Assembly: GCF_001194135.2 (NCBI RefSeq)
Contig: NC_068982.1
Coordinates: 52,753,328 to 52,817,327, forward strand
Reading direction: 5' to 3'
DNA length: 64,000 nt
From: Octopus bimaculoides
Taxonomy: Eukaryota
The translations under genes and the position numbers were made by a program. The notes beneath the pieces were generated by a model that did no database searches, was not told where the DNA came from, and was given only the letters and a program-made list of their open reading frames with translations. This document shows, one piece after another, positions 14,265-24,995 of this stretch (its first letter is position 1; each line of letters starts with the position of its first letter).

Positions 14265-14265
<1 letters not shown>
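13346..14265 (-). mobile_element. 5'-truncated R4/Dong-like RLE LINE (copy 1), decayed
   Basis: HQWLRSSGLKAETEGSILAAQNQSLLT / CRFCDTFDETINYVVSGC (CCHC-type knuckle) / RHD / TAHILRKTLSI* (stop 13415-13417); frameshift, stops, and the PD-containing segment appears deleted; (TTA)n on both sides. Confidence 0.85.
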
Positions 14266-14300
<35 letters not shown>

Positions 14301-14303
14301 TTA

Positions 14304-14600
14304 TGTTTGACTTTTGTTTTGCATTTGTACAAGTTGGATCCAAGTCTCACCCAGAGACCTCAAGAGACAACAAGTTAGAAGTTCATGTAGGTGTTATGCC
14401 TAGGGTACCATATATTTGGATTTGTACAGTTTTGTTCAAGTGAATGTTTAAGAAACCATAAGAAAATTATGTTTGCTTTAAAATTTGAGATCACATAGAC
14501 AGTATTTTACGTAGGATATGGGCAGTTCCCATGAGCACTATCTTTTGGACTTCAGCCATTTTGGGGTTTCCTGGTATCTGAGCTAGGTAGTAATCAGCCC

Positions 14601-14601
<1 letters not shown>
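14304..14601 (-). mobile_element. Short 3' end of a related R4/Dong-like LINE (copy 2)
   Basis: ADYYLAQIPGNPKMAEVQKIVLMGTAHILRKILSM* plus 3' UTR, bracketed by (TTA)n tracts. Confidence 0.8.
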
Positions 14602-14645
<44 letters not shown>

Positions 14646-15029
14646 AATAATAATAATAATATTTTTTTGTTTTCAAAATTGTAAATACTTATCGCAGTTT
14701 AAATGATTTTCTTTATATCTGAACATATTTTTCTTCTTTTTGATTGTTTTATTTTCCTTGAAGAAATTTGTGATGTTTAGTCATGATCAACATATCTTAT
14801 TTTCCGGCATACAAGCCAATGTAGTATATATTTAGTGTAGATATTTAAATATTACCATGCCACATTTCACATAGGATTTTTTAGTGTTCTAAATTCGTCT
14901 TGGTATATAAGTCGACGTATTTTCTTTGCAAATTTTAGTATGAGAAATTTCACTTCTTTTTTCGTAACGGAGTAAAATGATTTTCAGCATAGTAGTTATT
15001 CTACTTATCTGTTCTGTCTATCTTCTACG

Positions 15030-15222
15030 CATTTTAGTCATTGGACTGCAGCCATACTGGGGAACATCCTTGAAGGATTTAGTCTTATGTTTCGATCTCA
15101 TCTGTTATTTTTTTAAACGCCTACTGCTTATTCTGTTATCACTTTTGCAGAACCACTAAGTTACGGGGAACATAACAAACCAACACCAATTATCAAGCGG
15201 TGTGATACAAACACACGCACAC
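15030..15222 (-). mobile_element. SINE family B 3' half (another at about 17700-17885)
   Basis: ttagtcattggactgcagccatactgg...gaaccactaagttacgggg...ttatcaagcggtg. Confidence 0.6.
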
Positions 15223-15223
15223 A

Positions 15224-15225
<2 letters not shown>

Positions 15226-15307
<82 letters not shown>

Positions 15308-15332
15308 CCTACCTACTTACCTACCTACCTAC

Positions 15333-15378
<46 letters not shown>

Positions 15379-15415
15379 GTTTGTCTGTCTGTCTGTCCGT
15401 CTGTCTGACTGACTG
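15226..15415. repeat. Compound (TATC)n/(TACC)n/(TGTC)n tetranucleotide repeat
   Basis: Direct inspection. Confidence 0.95.
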
Positions 15416-15847
15416 CCTGTCTGTCTATTCGGTTATGTAATTCCTACTAAATGTCTTTAGTGCTTTTCTTTTTATGTGTGTGTGTGAGCTTGTGTGTGTG
15501 TATGTGTGTACTCGTGGAAAACTCACAAAACACGGTCACATTGACCACTGGGTCAAGTGCTCTCTCCCCACCATTCACCCTCAATTTCATCCACCTTTCA
15601 GCAAGTTTACAGGAAGGCAGCACTTATTTCTCCACCTTCACTTTCCATGTCAAGGGAAATATGAAAAATTTGAGGAAACCTCGGCCAAAGTAGGAAGTGT
15701 ATCTTCAATCATTTCAGTCAGGTACACTATACAACCTCATTCACAAAAGCTACCAGGAAGATAAACACTGCCAATCTTTCCCGGCTGCATCTTAGGCCTC
15801 CAACGGTCAGAGCTTACTCTACATTTACATTTGTATGTGCAGGTTTA

Positions 15848-16230
15848 TTCTTTTATTCTTTTATTCTTTTACTTGTTTCAGTCATTTGACTGCGGCCATG
15901 CTGGAGCACCACTGTTAGTCGAGAAAATCGACCTCAGGACTTATTCTTTGTAAGCCTAGTACTTATTCTATCGGTCTCTTTTGCCGAACCGCTAGGTTAC
16001 TGGGATGTAAACACACCAGCATCGGTTGTCAAGCGATGGTGGGGGGGGACAAATACAGACACACAAACATACACACACACATACATACATACATATATAT
16101 ATATACTTATATACGACGGGCTTCTTTCAGTTTCCGTCTACCAAATCCATTCACAAGGCTTTGGTCGGCAGTGGGACTGAACCCGAAACCATGTGGTCGG
16201 TAAGCAAGCTACTTACCACACAGCCACTCC
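15848..16230 (-). mobile_element. tRNA-headed SINE family B, both ends present, about 40-nt internal deletion
   Basis: Head GGAGTGGCTGTGTGGTAAG...GGGTTCAGTCCC, internal (CA/TA) SSR, 3' end GGTGCTCCAGCATGGCCGCAGTCAAATGACTGAAACA plus (AAAGAAT)n tail. Confidence 0.85.
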
Positions 16231-17171
16231 TTGTGGAACAGCAGCAGGTTCCTAGGCATGCAAGTCTTCTCTATCCATGTCACTGATTGGACCAAGAAAA
16301 GGTCAATGACTGATACTAAGTTAGACGTTGCTGTCAGAACGCAAATACCTGAAACAGATACCGCAAAACATCGCTTTCTGACGTCCTAGGACTTCTACCA
16401 ATCGCCCATCGTAGGTTGCTACATTTTTGTTAAAAAGCGACAGAGTTGATCTCGGCCGATTTTGAACCCAGGGTGCAGAGAGTTGGCACAAATACTGCCA
16501 CGCGAGAGCTCTATCCAACGACATGAGGATGCTATCGAGTCGCACTTTCAACAATAATGAATAATTTACTTAGTTTTACTACAACACACAATTACAAGCT
16601 AATTAATAAGTATGGAGCGTGTGAAAAAAAAACAAAAAAACTTGAAATATATTATATATTTTCATCTTTGCTAAATTACTATTTCTGGTGTCGTATCGAT
16701 GGAAGCAAACACACTTCTTATAAGTTGAGTCATTACTAACGCAGTCTTATCCTTTAACTTAAAATCCTAAGATGTTATCTGCAAGAAGTAACATATGTAC
16801 ATTAGAGATAAATCCTTGAGACACTAATCTGGGATATTAATCTAATGTAGGATCATCAGAATCGTTGGCTTCCCCGAAGAAACGTGGTCTTCTGTACAGA
16901 GTCATTTGAATAATACATCTGATCACGCTAACATGAGCAAATTTTGAGCGCAATGCATACACGTGCGCGCACACTCACACACACACACGCTCACACAAAA
17001 CAGACCCGTACAAGTATACAAGTACACACATACGCACGCATACACGCATGCATACATATAGCATGAACATATATGTTGTTTGTACCTAATTTTGTGAATA
17101 CGCGGATACTTACGATACACACATATATGTAGGTGTGTATGTATTAATGTGTATGTGCATGTATCTGTTCA

Positions 17172-17220
<49 letters not shown>

Positions 17221-17322
17221 NNNNNNNNNNTGTGTAGAACATTGTATTTTCCGAGGCATGAAACTTATAGTAGCTCGTAGATAAATATTGTTTATATGTA
17301 TGTGCATGTGTGTATGCGCGCA

Positions 17323-17369
<47 letters not shown>

Positions 17370-17944
17370 ATTTTGGTTACTAGCTTGTGGTATATATGCT
17401 ATTAGAGGAAAATTATGAGACAAGGAGGAGACAAACACAGTTAATACGTAAGCTCAGGCAAGTGAAAAACGTGGTTATAAGAGAGTAAAAATACGATACG
17501 AAACGATAACAAGAATATGTAAAATGAAAATAAATGCATCAAAAAAAGTGGACGGAAATATAAGATTTCGAGTGATGCCCTATATCAATCAGAAGGAAAG
17601 GAAATAAAAGACAGGCCAGAGAATAGGTAAAAGAAATGATACTGAATTAACGACCTCTGTTTCGATGCTAGTCATAGTAAACATAAATATATCCTTTATT
17701 TTTTACTTGCTTCTTTCAATAGAGTGTAACCCACGCCGGGGTATCGAGTTGGAGAGTTCAGTCCACCATATCGACTCTGTACTTATTTGTGTAAAGCCTG
17801 TCATTTATCGCTCTTTTTTGCTGAACTACTAAAGTACGGGGACGTAAACAAACCGATACATGTTGTCAGATGGTGAGTGGAGCGCACACATATACAAGGA
17901 CACACACATGCACGCACACGCACACACACAGGCACACACGCACG

Positions 17945-17970
17945 CAGAGAGAGAGAGAAAGAGAGAGAAC

Positions 17971-18003
<33 letters not shown>

Positions 18004-18015
18004 NNNNNNNNNNGT

Positions 18016-18068
<53 letters not shown>
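17945..18068. repeat. (GA)n microsatellite with a 10-N gap
   Basis: Direct inspection. Confidence 0.95.
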
Positions 18069-18072
<4 letters not shown>

Positions 18073-18689
18073 TACTCAACACATTTAGTAGGAGTTACGT
18101 AAACGAAAGCCTGAATGAGCTAGGTTTCTGTAAAGAAGAGTGCGGAATTTTAAATCACATGGAGCCGAATCAAAATGTTTTAAATACTACTACTACTACT
18201 AATAATAATAACTCTGTGTGTGTGTGTGTGTGTAGTGTAGAGTAGTGTATTGTTCCGTTGATCGTAGTATCAGAGACCGGCTTTATTTTGTTTTGAGTCT
18301 GAATGGTTGTTTGATTGGTTTATGGTTTATGGTATATATGCTATTAGTGTAGCATCTATTCCCTTATGTGCAACAGCACTGCGCAGGGAAAACAAAATTC
18401 AATTATGAGTTATAAGCAGCACTAAAAATATAAACATTATCGATACCACATATCGTTTATGCCTTCCGGGGTGTCTCAATTACACAGTATAGAGGAGCTG
18501 CAAAATTACACCGAAATATCGATATCCACTGTTCTCGATCATTCATAAGACGAATTGTCTCACCTGATTTGATTATTAAATATTTTGGTTTTTCAACACT
18601 CTGCGTCTTTAAGTGACATTTCGTCTGGCGTTGTTCCGCTGTTAAGAAGCGAATTAACAAAACACATACAGTAATTATGCGGTATCGAT

Positions 18690-18865
18690 AATGTTTGCAT
18701 TATTAGAGTTACTTGTCTTTATGTTCTGAGTTCAAATTCTGCCGACGCTGGCTATGCATTTAATTTTCTCAGGGTCGATAAAATAAATACCTGTTGAGTA
18801 CAGAGTTCAATGTAATCGACTAATCCACTCCCCTGAAATGCTGGCCTTTTGTCAAACCTTAAAAG
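18690..18865 (+). mobile_element. SINE family A, 5'-eroded
   Basis: ttctgagttcaaattctgccga...gggtcgataaaataaatacc...tgtaatcgact...gctggcctt. Confidence 0.7.
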
Positions 18866-19915
18866 CATCATTAACGTTGCTTGTAATTCATACTTTAATA
18901 TATGTGTTCAAATGTGTATATGAATGTATATCAATGAGAGAGGGGTGAGGGAGATGAAATAACTTAAGAATGGAACAAAAATGCGAGTCAATTATTTTAG
19001 CATGTGAAATATGTTCATTTATCTGAGGAATTGTTGCTGCTAGATCTTGAATCTTCTATGTTATAAATGTGTGTTTCAGTGTAACTTTCAGTTTTTAATG
19101 ACACTTCGACGTATTTTTCATCTAAATATCCTTCATTGGCTTGCTGATTTTTCTATGGTCAATTATGCAAAACGGAATTTGTTTTTAGGATAATTTCCAT
19201 TATACATAATATATACATTGTTCATTTGTTATGTGACACTAGAATTACTAGGCTTTACATCAAAATTACAAGCCTGTATATAAGTTTGTATAATTTATGT
19301 AATTTATGTAACTAATTATCTCAGTGTTTTGTACGTGTTAAATTTGCAAAAATTGTTTTTACATTCGATGGGTATTTAACTTTACTTACGTCGCTTACGC
19401 CACAGGAAAACACAGTATCTGACTTCTCTTTTACCTGAAGGCAATTGAGCTAATCCTTCATTGATTTAATATGGCGTTCCATTTAACGTACTTGTAAGTG
19501 AAATAAATACTTTATCAGTTTTCCCCATTTTCTTATAAATCCATTCTATATATAAAAAAAAAGTAGCTGATTTAATAAATTCTTGCGCCTCTGGTAGTTT
19601 GTCTCTGAAATTCGATGTAGGACTATGTCTATATAGTACAAAAAAAATTGTATATAAAATTTATTTTCTGAAAATTGCATTTAATATTGCTCAGAATTTC
19701 CTGGGGATCTTAGCAACAATTTAGTGGCAAGTATTTCAGCAGGTTAACTTACAATCAAGCTACTCAGCGCATGACATCAGACATTCTGTAGTGGCGTAGG
19801 CTGAAAGGTGCACACGGCTGAAGAAGTAAACAGCTCGTTGCAGTTTTGCTTGTCAGTTAGCTTCCTGGAAAATGTCGTTCATCACTTTACTGTGCTTTGT
19901 ATGTACACGCACGCG

Positions 19916-19953
<38 letters not shown>

Positions 19954-20089
19954 CACACACACGCACAAAGAAATATATGGAAAGCTTATCTTCAGACATA
20001 TACACACATACGTATGTGTATGTATTGTATACACATGCACATGTGTTTGTAATTATGTACTTATATATGTATAGAAGGAATATAATATA

Positions 20090-20111
20090 TTTGTTTTATT
20101 ATATTTTTCAG
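20090..20111 (+). other. 3' splice site (polypyrimidine tract + CAG) of the RASD intron
   Basis: ttgttttattatatttttcag sits immediately before GT-GAC-TTG, where RASD similarity begins. Confidence 0.85.
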
Positions 20112-20659
20112 GTGACTTGTTTATCCTCGTCTATTCTATCGACAGCCGAGAGTCTTTTGAAGAAGCTATACGACTACGAGAACAAATTCTAGAATGTAAA
20201 GGTCACTGTGCAGGTTTAAAGAGTCAAAAGACTTTGGATATCCCAATGGTTATTGTCGGTAACAAAGCTGACAAAGAAAGTGAAAGGGTTGTCGAAGCCT
20301 CAGAAGTGACTAAGCAGATAGAAGGACAGCATGGCTGCGCTTTCGTTGAATCATCAGCAAAAAAGAGCGTTAATGTTGATGAAGTATTTCTACGTTTATT
20401 TGAAATTGCTAAACTCCCTTCAGAAATGAGTCCATCAATGCACCGCCGAGTTCAGCCAACATACATTGGTTCAACTAGTGGTAACAATCAAAGAAAAGGA
20501 ATGTCTATTCGACGAAAAATGAGTGATGCTTGTGGAACTGTTGCACCAAATGTACGTAGACCAAGTATTAGAACTGACCTGCTTGTTGCTCAGACAAGGA
20601 CAGGGCGCACTAAAACCTCACCAGATGGAGCACGTGAATCTAAATGTCTGATACAGTGA
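20112..20659 (+). CDS. RASD2: Terminal coding exon of a RASD-family small GTPase (Dexras1/Rhes-like); partial CDS, phase-1 start
   Basis: Translation (G)DLFILVYSIDSRESFEEAIRLREQILE...PMVIVGNKAD (G4)...FVESSAKK (G5)...AKLPSEMSPSMHRRV...VAPNVRRPSIRTDL...CLIQ* (CAAX). GDxFILV, AKLPSEMSP and RRPS(V/I) are RASD1/RASD2 hallmarks. Preceded by a pyrimidine-rich acceptor tttttcag (AG 20110-20111). G1-G3 boxes are absent. Probably co-orthologous to RASD1 and RASD2, so the symbol is indicative only. Confidence 0.93.
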
Positions 20660-21869
20660 TCTATTTGACAAGAACTGTTTTTTGTTTCCATTTTGAAAAG
20701 CAAATTATAATTTCATTGAAAACTGGAATTCTGACAGGAAACTTTGCCTATAATATTCTCTCGTTTGTACGGATTGGAACAATAAGCAAATACTTCCTTT
20801 TAACTTGTTCTGTGCACGTAAATATTCCTGAACAGATTAGAAATATAACTCAACATACAGAGCTGATTTTCTGTTGAAAGTGACACATTGAAGTATATGT
20901 TTTTAAACGTTTTGTATTATTTTGTAGATTGCTAGATCGGCTGTATTTTTCATCAACTGGTTGATATATTTTTATTTATTCATCTATTTCTACTAGAAAA
21001 GTAATTTAAACAAGTCTCAATTGTAGTTTGAATTTCTGAGTACTAAAAAAAACTATTTTCAAATATTTCGTCACCGCTCAGGTGGTTTTGTATCACTTTC
21101 AATAATGTAATTCAGATACATGTGAATTAATAAGTTTAAAGGGCTCACAATTTTTAATATTCAGGATTTCAGATTAGAAAGCAGACTTTATAAATACTTA
21201 TTGCCAAAGTTAATTCATTAAAAACTATATGAAAACATGTGATTTCCTTACCTTTATAAGTGGATACAATAGCAAATTTAATAATTTAAATACATTTCAG
21301 ATCATATCAGGAATTGAAAGTTAAAGACATCGTTGAACTTTATCACTCATTATCTACAAGGAGCTCACAAAGTAAAGCTGCTCCAGTTTCCACTCTAGCG
21401 ATGATAACATTTCTTTCTTGTCTATTTATTTCTTCTGAAACATTCTATCAATTCCTGCCTTAAATTCATCCGCCGTTTTCACATCCAAACACACTACTAG
21501 AAGTGTTCTCAACCACTTACCAAACTGTGAGAAAAATGTATAAGTATTCTTCCACCAGCCAAATCCTGTTTCATTTTATTTAAATTTTACCTTTATAAAC
21601 TGCAAGAGAGAAATATTTTTCTTAAAGAATTTAAACCCACTTATGCATGTCATCCATGCAGAATCTCGGATAACTAATGAGGAATCCTATTATATTCAAC
21701 TAGGTCTTTATAAAACACAATACAAAAGCGCTGCATTATGGGTGTCTTTCTATTTTGGCTACTTATATAATCACTAACAATTTTGCTTAAAGCAATACTA
21801 TTTTTTTAAGAGAAACACAGGTAATAATCTGAAAACATTAATTCTGAAGACACTGGCATTTTCTTTTAT

Positions 21870-21875
21870 AATAAA
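21870..21875 (+). terminator. Candidate poly(A) signal for the RASD transcript (next candidate 22276-22281)
   Basis: First AATAAA found by eye downstream of the stop codon, in AT-rich UTR-like sequence; no transcript evidence. Confidence 0.35.
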
Positions 21876-22627
21876 TGCATAAATTATGAAGAGAACAGCT
21901 GGAATCCACAGACATTTTCTATTTTACTTAGTTGGCCTTTTGCAGTTTATTTCTTAGATTCTTTGTTAGTCGGGCGCAAATATAATTTTCTCAAAACATT
22001 ACTGCACATTTGAACCCTGACACTACTAGTGTTTGTGGCAGGGATGTAGCATTCGTCGACATTAAGAGAGTCAACAACCGGACATTCTGCTCATAAATTT
22101 CCTTTTTTCCATTGTTTGATTTTCATCTTCATAATCTAATGACAGTCGAACATCTTTCTTACTAACGGTGATTTTATACGACACAGTGTCAAATGACAGA
22201 CACATTGATATAAATTATACTTACAGACATTTACAAATTTACTATGTGTACACACAAAGAGAGAGACTGGGAAAGAATAAAGTATAACAATATGTGAATA
22301 CACAAATACAGATTCTCGCATTATATACATGGACTCCAAGTATGAGAATTAGGTGTGGTATATTTTTCTAATACAGAACACAATCCAATAACTTTAACAT
22401 TATGAACTCCCATAACGAGAGAGTTTTTTTCCTTAATGACGGAAATATTGGGACTAATCCATTCCACCTTTACAGTTTATCACTGTTATACAATATTATT
22501 TTAATGTTAACATCATTATTATTATTTTTATGTTTTCGTTTCTTGAAATATTATTTTCCAGTTCTATTTGATATTGTAACGGGGATGATGAACTTTTTTC
22601 TATAAGCTACCCAAATGAGGATGAGAA

Positions 22628-22729
22628 TGTTGTTGTTGATGATGATGATGATGATGATGATGATGCTGAGGAGGAGGAGGAGGAGGAGGAGGAGGAGAAG
22701 GTTGCTGTTGTTGCTGTTGTTGTTGTTGT

Positions 22730-22763
<34 letters not shown>

Positions 22764-22836
22764 AATGATGATGATGATGATGAGCTTGCTAGTGGTGGTA
22801 ATGATAATGGTGGTAATGGTAATGATGATGATGACG
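22628..22836. repeat. Compound trinucleotide array (GTT/GAT/GAG/GTT/GAT/GGT)
   Basis: Direct inspection; source of the poly-M/R/L/S/I ORFs. Confidence 0.95.
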
Positions 22837-23662
22837 ACGCCAAGTGAACTACATTTCTTTGAGTTCACTAGTGACAAATCCATCATCAAATTTTACAGCC
22901 TAGATTGAACTTAGACAGTTTGATATTAGTTGCAAGTAATATAAAAAAAATGTTGTGGAGGTAAGAAGTATATCTTAATGGTATATTTAATAATCAATTA
23001 TTGTCATTTATTAAACAGTTTCATTATCAATAGTTGTGTTTCGAGTAATTATTTGTTGTAACTGGCACGAATATCAAGCATCGTAGAATCTCTCATTGAG
23101 TGACAGGATACGAGTTTGGATTGTGTGAATGTGTGTGAGACGTCGTGAGTGGAGAGAGTGTATATTACAGAGCACCAGATGAAAAACGTACGTCGTGACT
23201 CCAGAGATAATTATACCAGTCTCGTTAATCATGAATATACTCTATTCAAATGAAATCTTGAGACAAGTTTCAAATTTAGTATAGCAACAGAGACGATGAT
23301 AAAGTATATGTAGTTATAAAGTTCATTTCGCAATCATTTGGGCCATCGATAGATGTGTAGCATATTAAGGAAATATCTTCTACCATAATTGGGGTCGAAG
23401 CCCTCTGAATGAACTTTTCTAGAAGCGTGTATATGTGTGTGTGTATGTGTGGGTATGTGCGCGTGTGCGTGTACGTGTGAAAGTATATTAAATAGACAGC
23501 GCTTGTTCTTGAGGGGCAAATTTAATCTTATGATATATGGGATAAAACTTATGGCCTGAAGGAGCGCATATACTGAGTAAAACTTCTCTTAAAATCATTG
23601 GCTGTGAGACCTGTAAACTTCCTTGGATTACCATTAAACGAAGTGAAACTACATATACAAAT

Positions 23663-23668
<6 letters not shown>

Positions 23669-23753
<85 letters not shown>

Positions 23754-23895
23754 CACACACTCATAAACACACACACACACACACACACATGCACACCCTC
23801 TCTCTATCTGAATGTCTGTTTGTCTCTCAAAGAAAGAGAGAAAGAGAGAGAGAGAGAAAGAGACTGACAGAGGGAGAGAGAGAGAGAGAAAAGCA
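23669..23895. repeat. (CA)n followed by (GA)n microsatellites
   Basis: Direct inspection. Confidence 0.95.
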
Positions 23896-24964
23896 CATAC
23901 ATCTATCGTAAAATCGTATCAGTTTTTGGTAGTTGCAGCAGTAGTCTTTGAAGACCGTAGGTATATATTATTTTTTCTGTTAGAGCAATCAGCAGCTTAT
24001 GATACCACCCTCAGTCGTAGCAGGCTCACCCATTAGCAGTCAGAAGCTAGTCAGCAGTGGCCCTTCCTGTAACAGTCACTGGAAGTCGATATTAGCTATT
24101 CCACTCTATGATAAAAATCACCCGATGAGAAGGAGTTTCATTTATCCAGTGGTAACAAGCCTTACTTGGAACTTGTGGAAAGCTTGTTACTCAGAACTAA
24201 GCATTATATAACTATACATAAGCATTATGTATATAATGTATATAAGCATACATTACATAAGTATACATAAGCATTATATAAGTATACTTTATATAAGTAT
24301 AAGTATATACAAATTCACAAACACACACAAACACACACACACTGTCTATTTGTCTGTTTGTCTCTTACAGAAAGAAAGAGGGAGAAAGAGAGACAGACAG
24401 ACAAAGGGACAGAGAGAGAGAGAAGCCCAGACATATATACATATATAGAACCACAAATTGTTTTAGAATGTATTGTATGAAAGTGCATAGGGTGTAAAGC
24501 ATGGAATCGCATACGTAATACCAGTGTTATGGTATATNNNNNNNNNNNNNNNNNNNNNNNNNNNNNNNNNNNNNNNNNNNNNNNNNNNNNNNNNNNNNNN
24601 NNNNNNNNNNNNNNNNNNNNNNNNNNNNNNNNNNNNNNNNNNNNNNNNNNNNNNNNNNNNNNNNNNNNNNNNNNNNNNNNNNNNNNNNNNNNNNNNNNNN
24701 NNNNNNNNNNNNNNNNNNNNNNNNNNNNNNNNNNNNNNNNNNNNNNNNNNNNNNNNNNNNNNNNNNNNNNNNNNNNNNTATATATATTAATATGTTAAAA
24801 GTTAAATTTTCAGTGCGTCATTATTCGATTCTATGCTAACTAGAGGAAATAATAGGATGATTACCTTTCCTTACCATCAAACCTGGTGCATAATTTTAAA
24901 ACTGAAAAGTTATTCCCTATGCGTATACATTTGTGTGTGTGTGTATGTATATATATATACACAC

Positions 24965-24995
<31 letters not shown>

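Noticed and set aside
22551-22908. Poly-M/R/L/S/I ORFs on both strands
   Set aside because: Compound trinucleotide SSR; no domain or splice context
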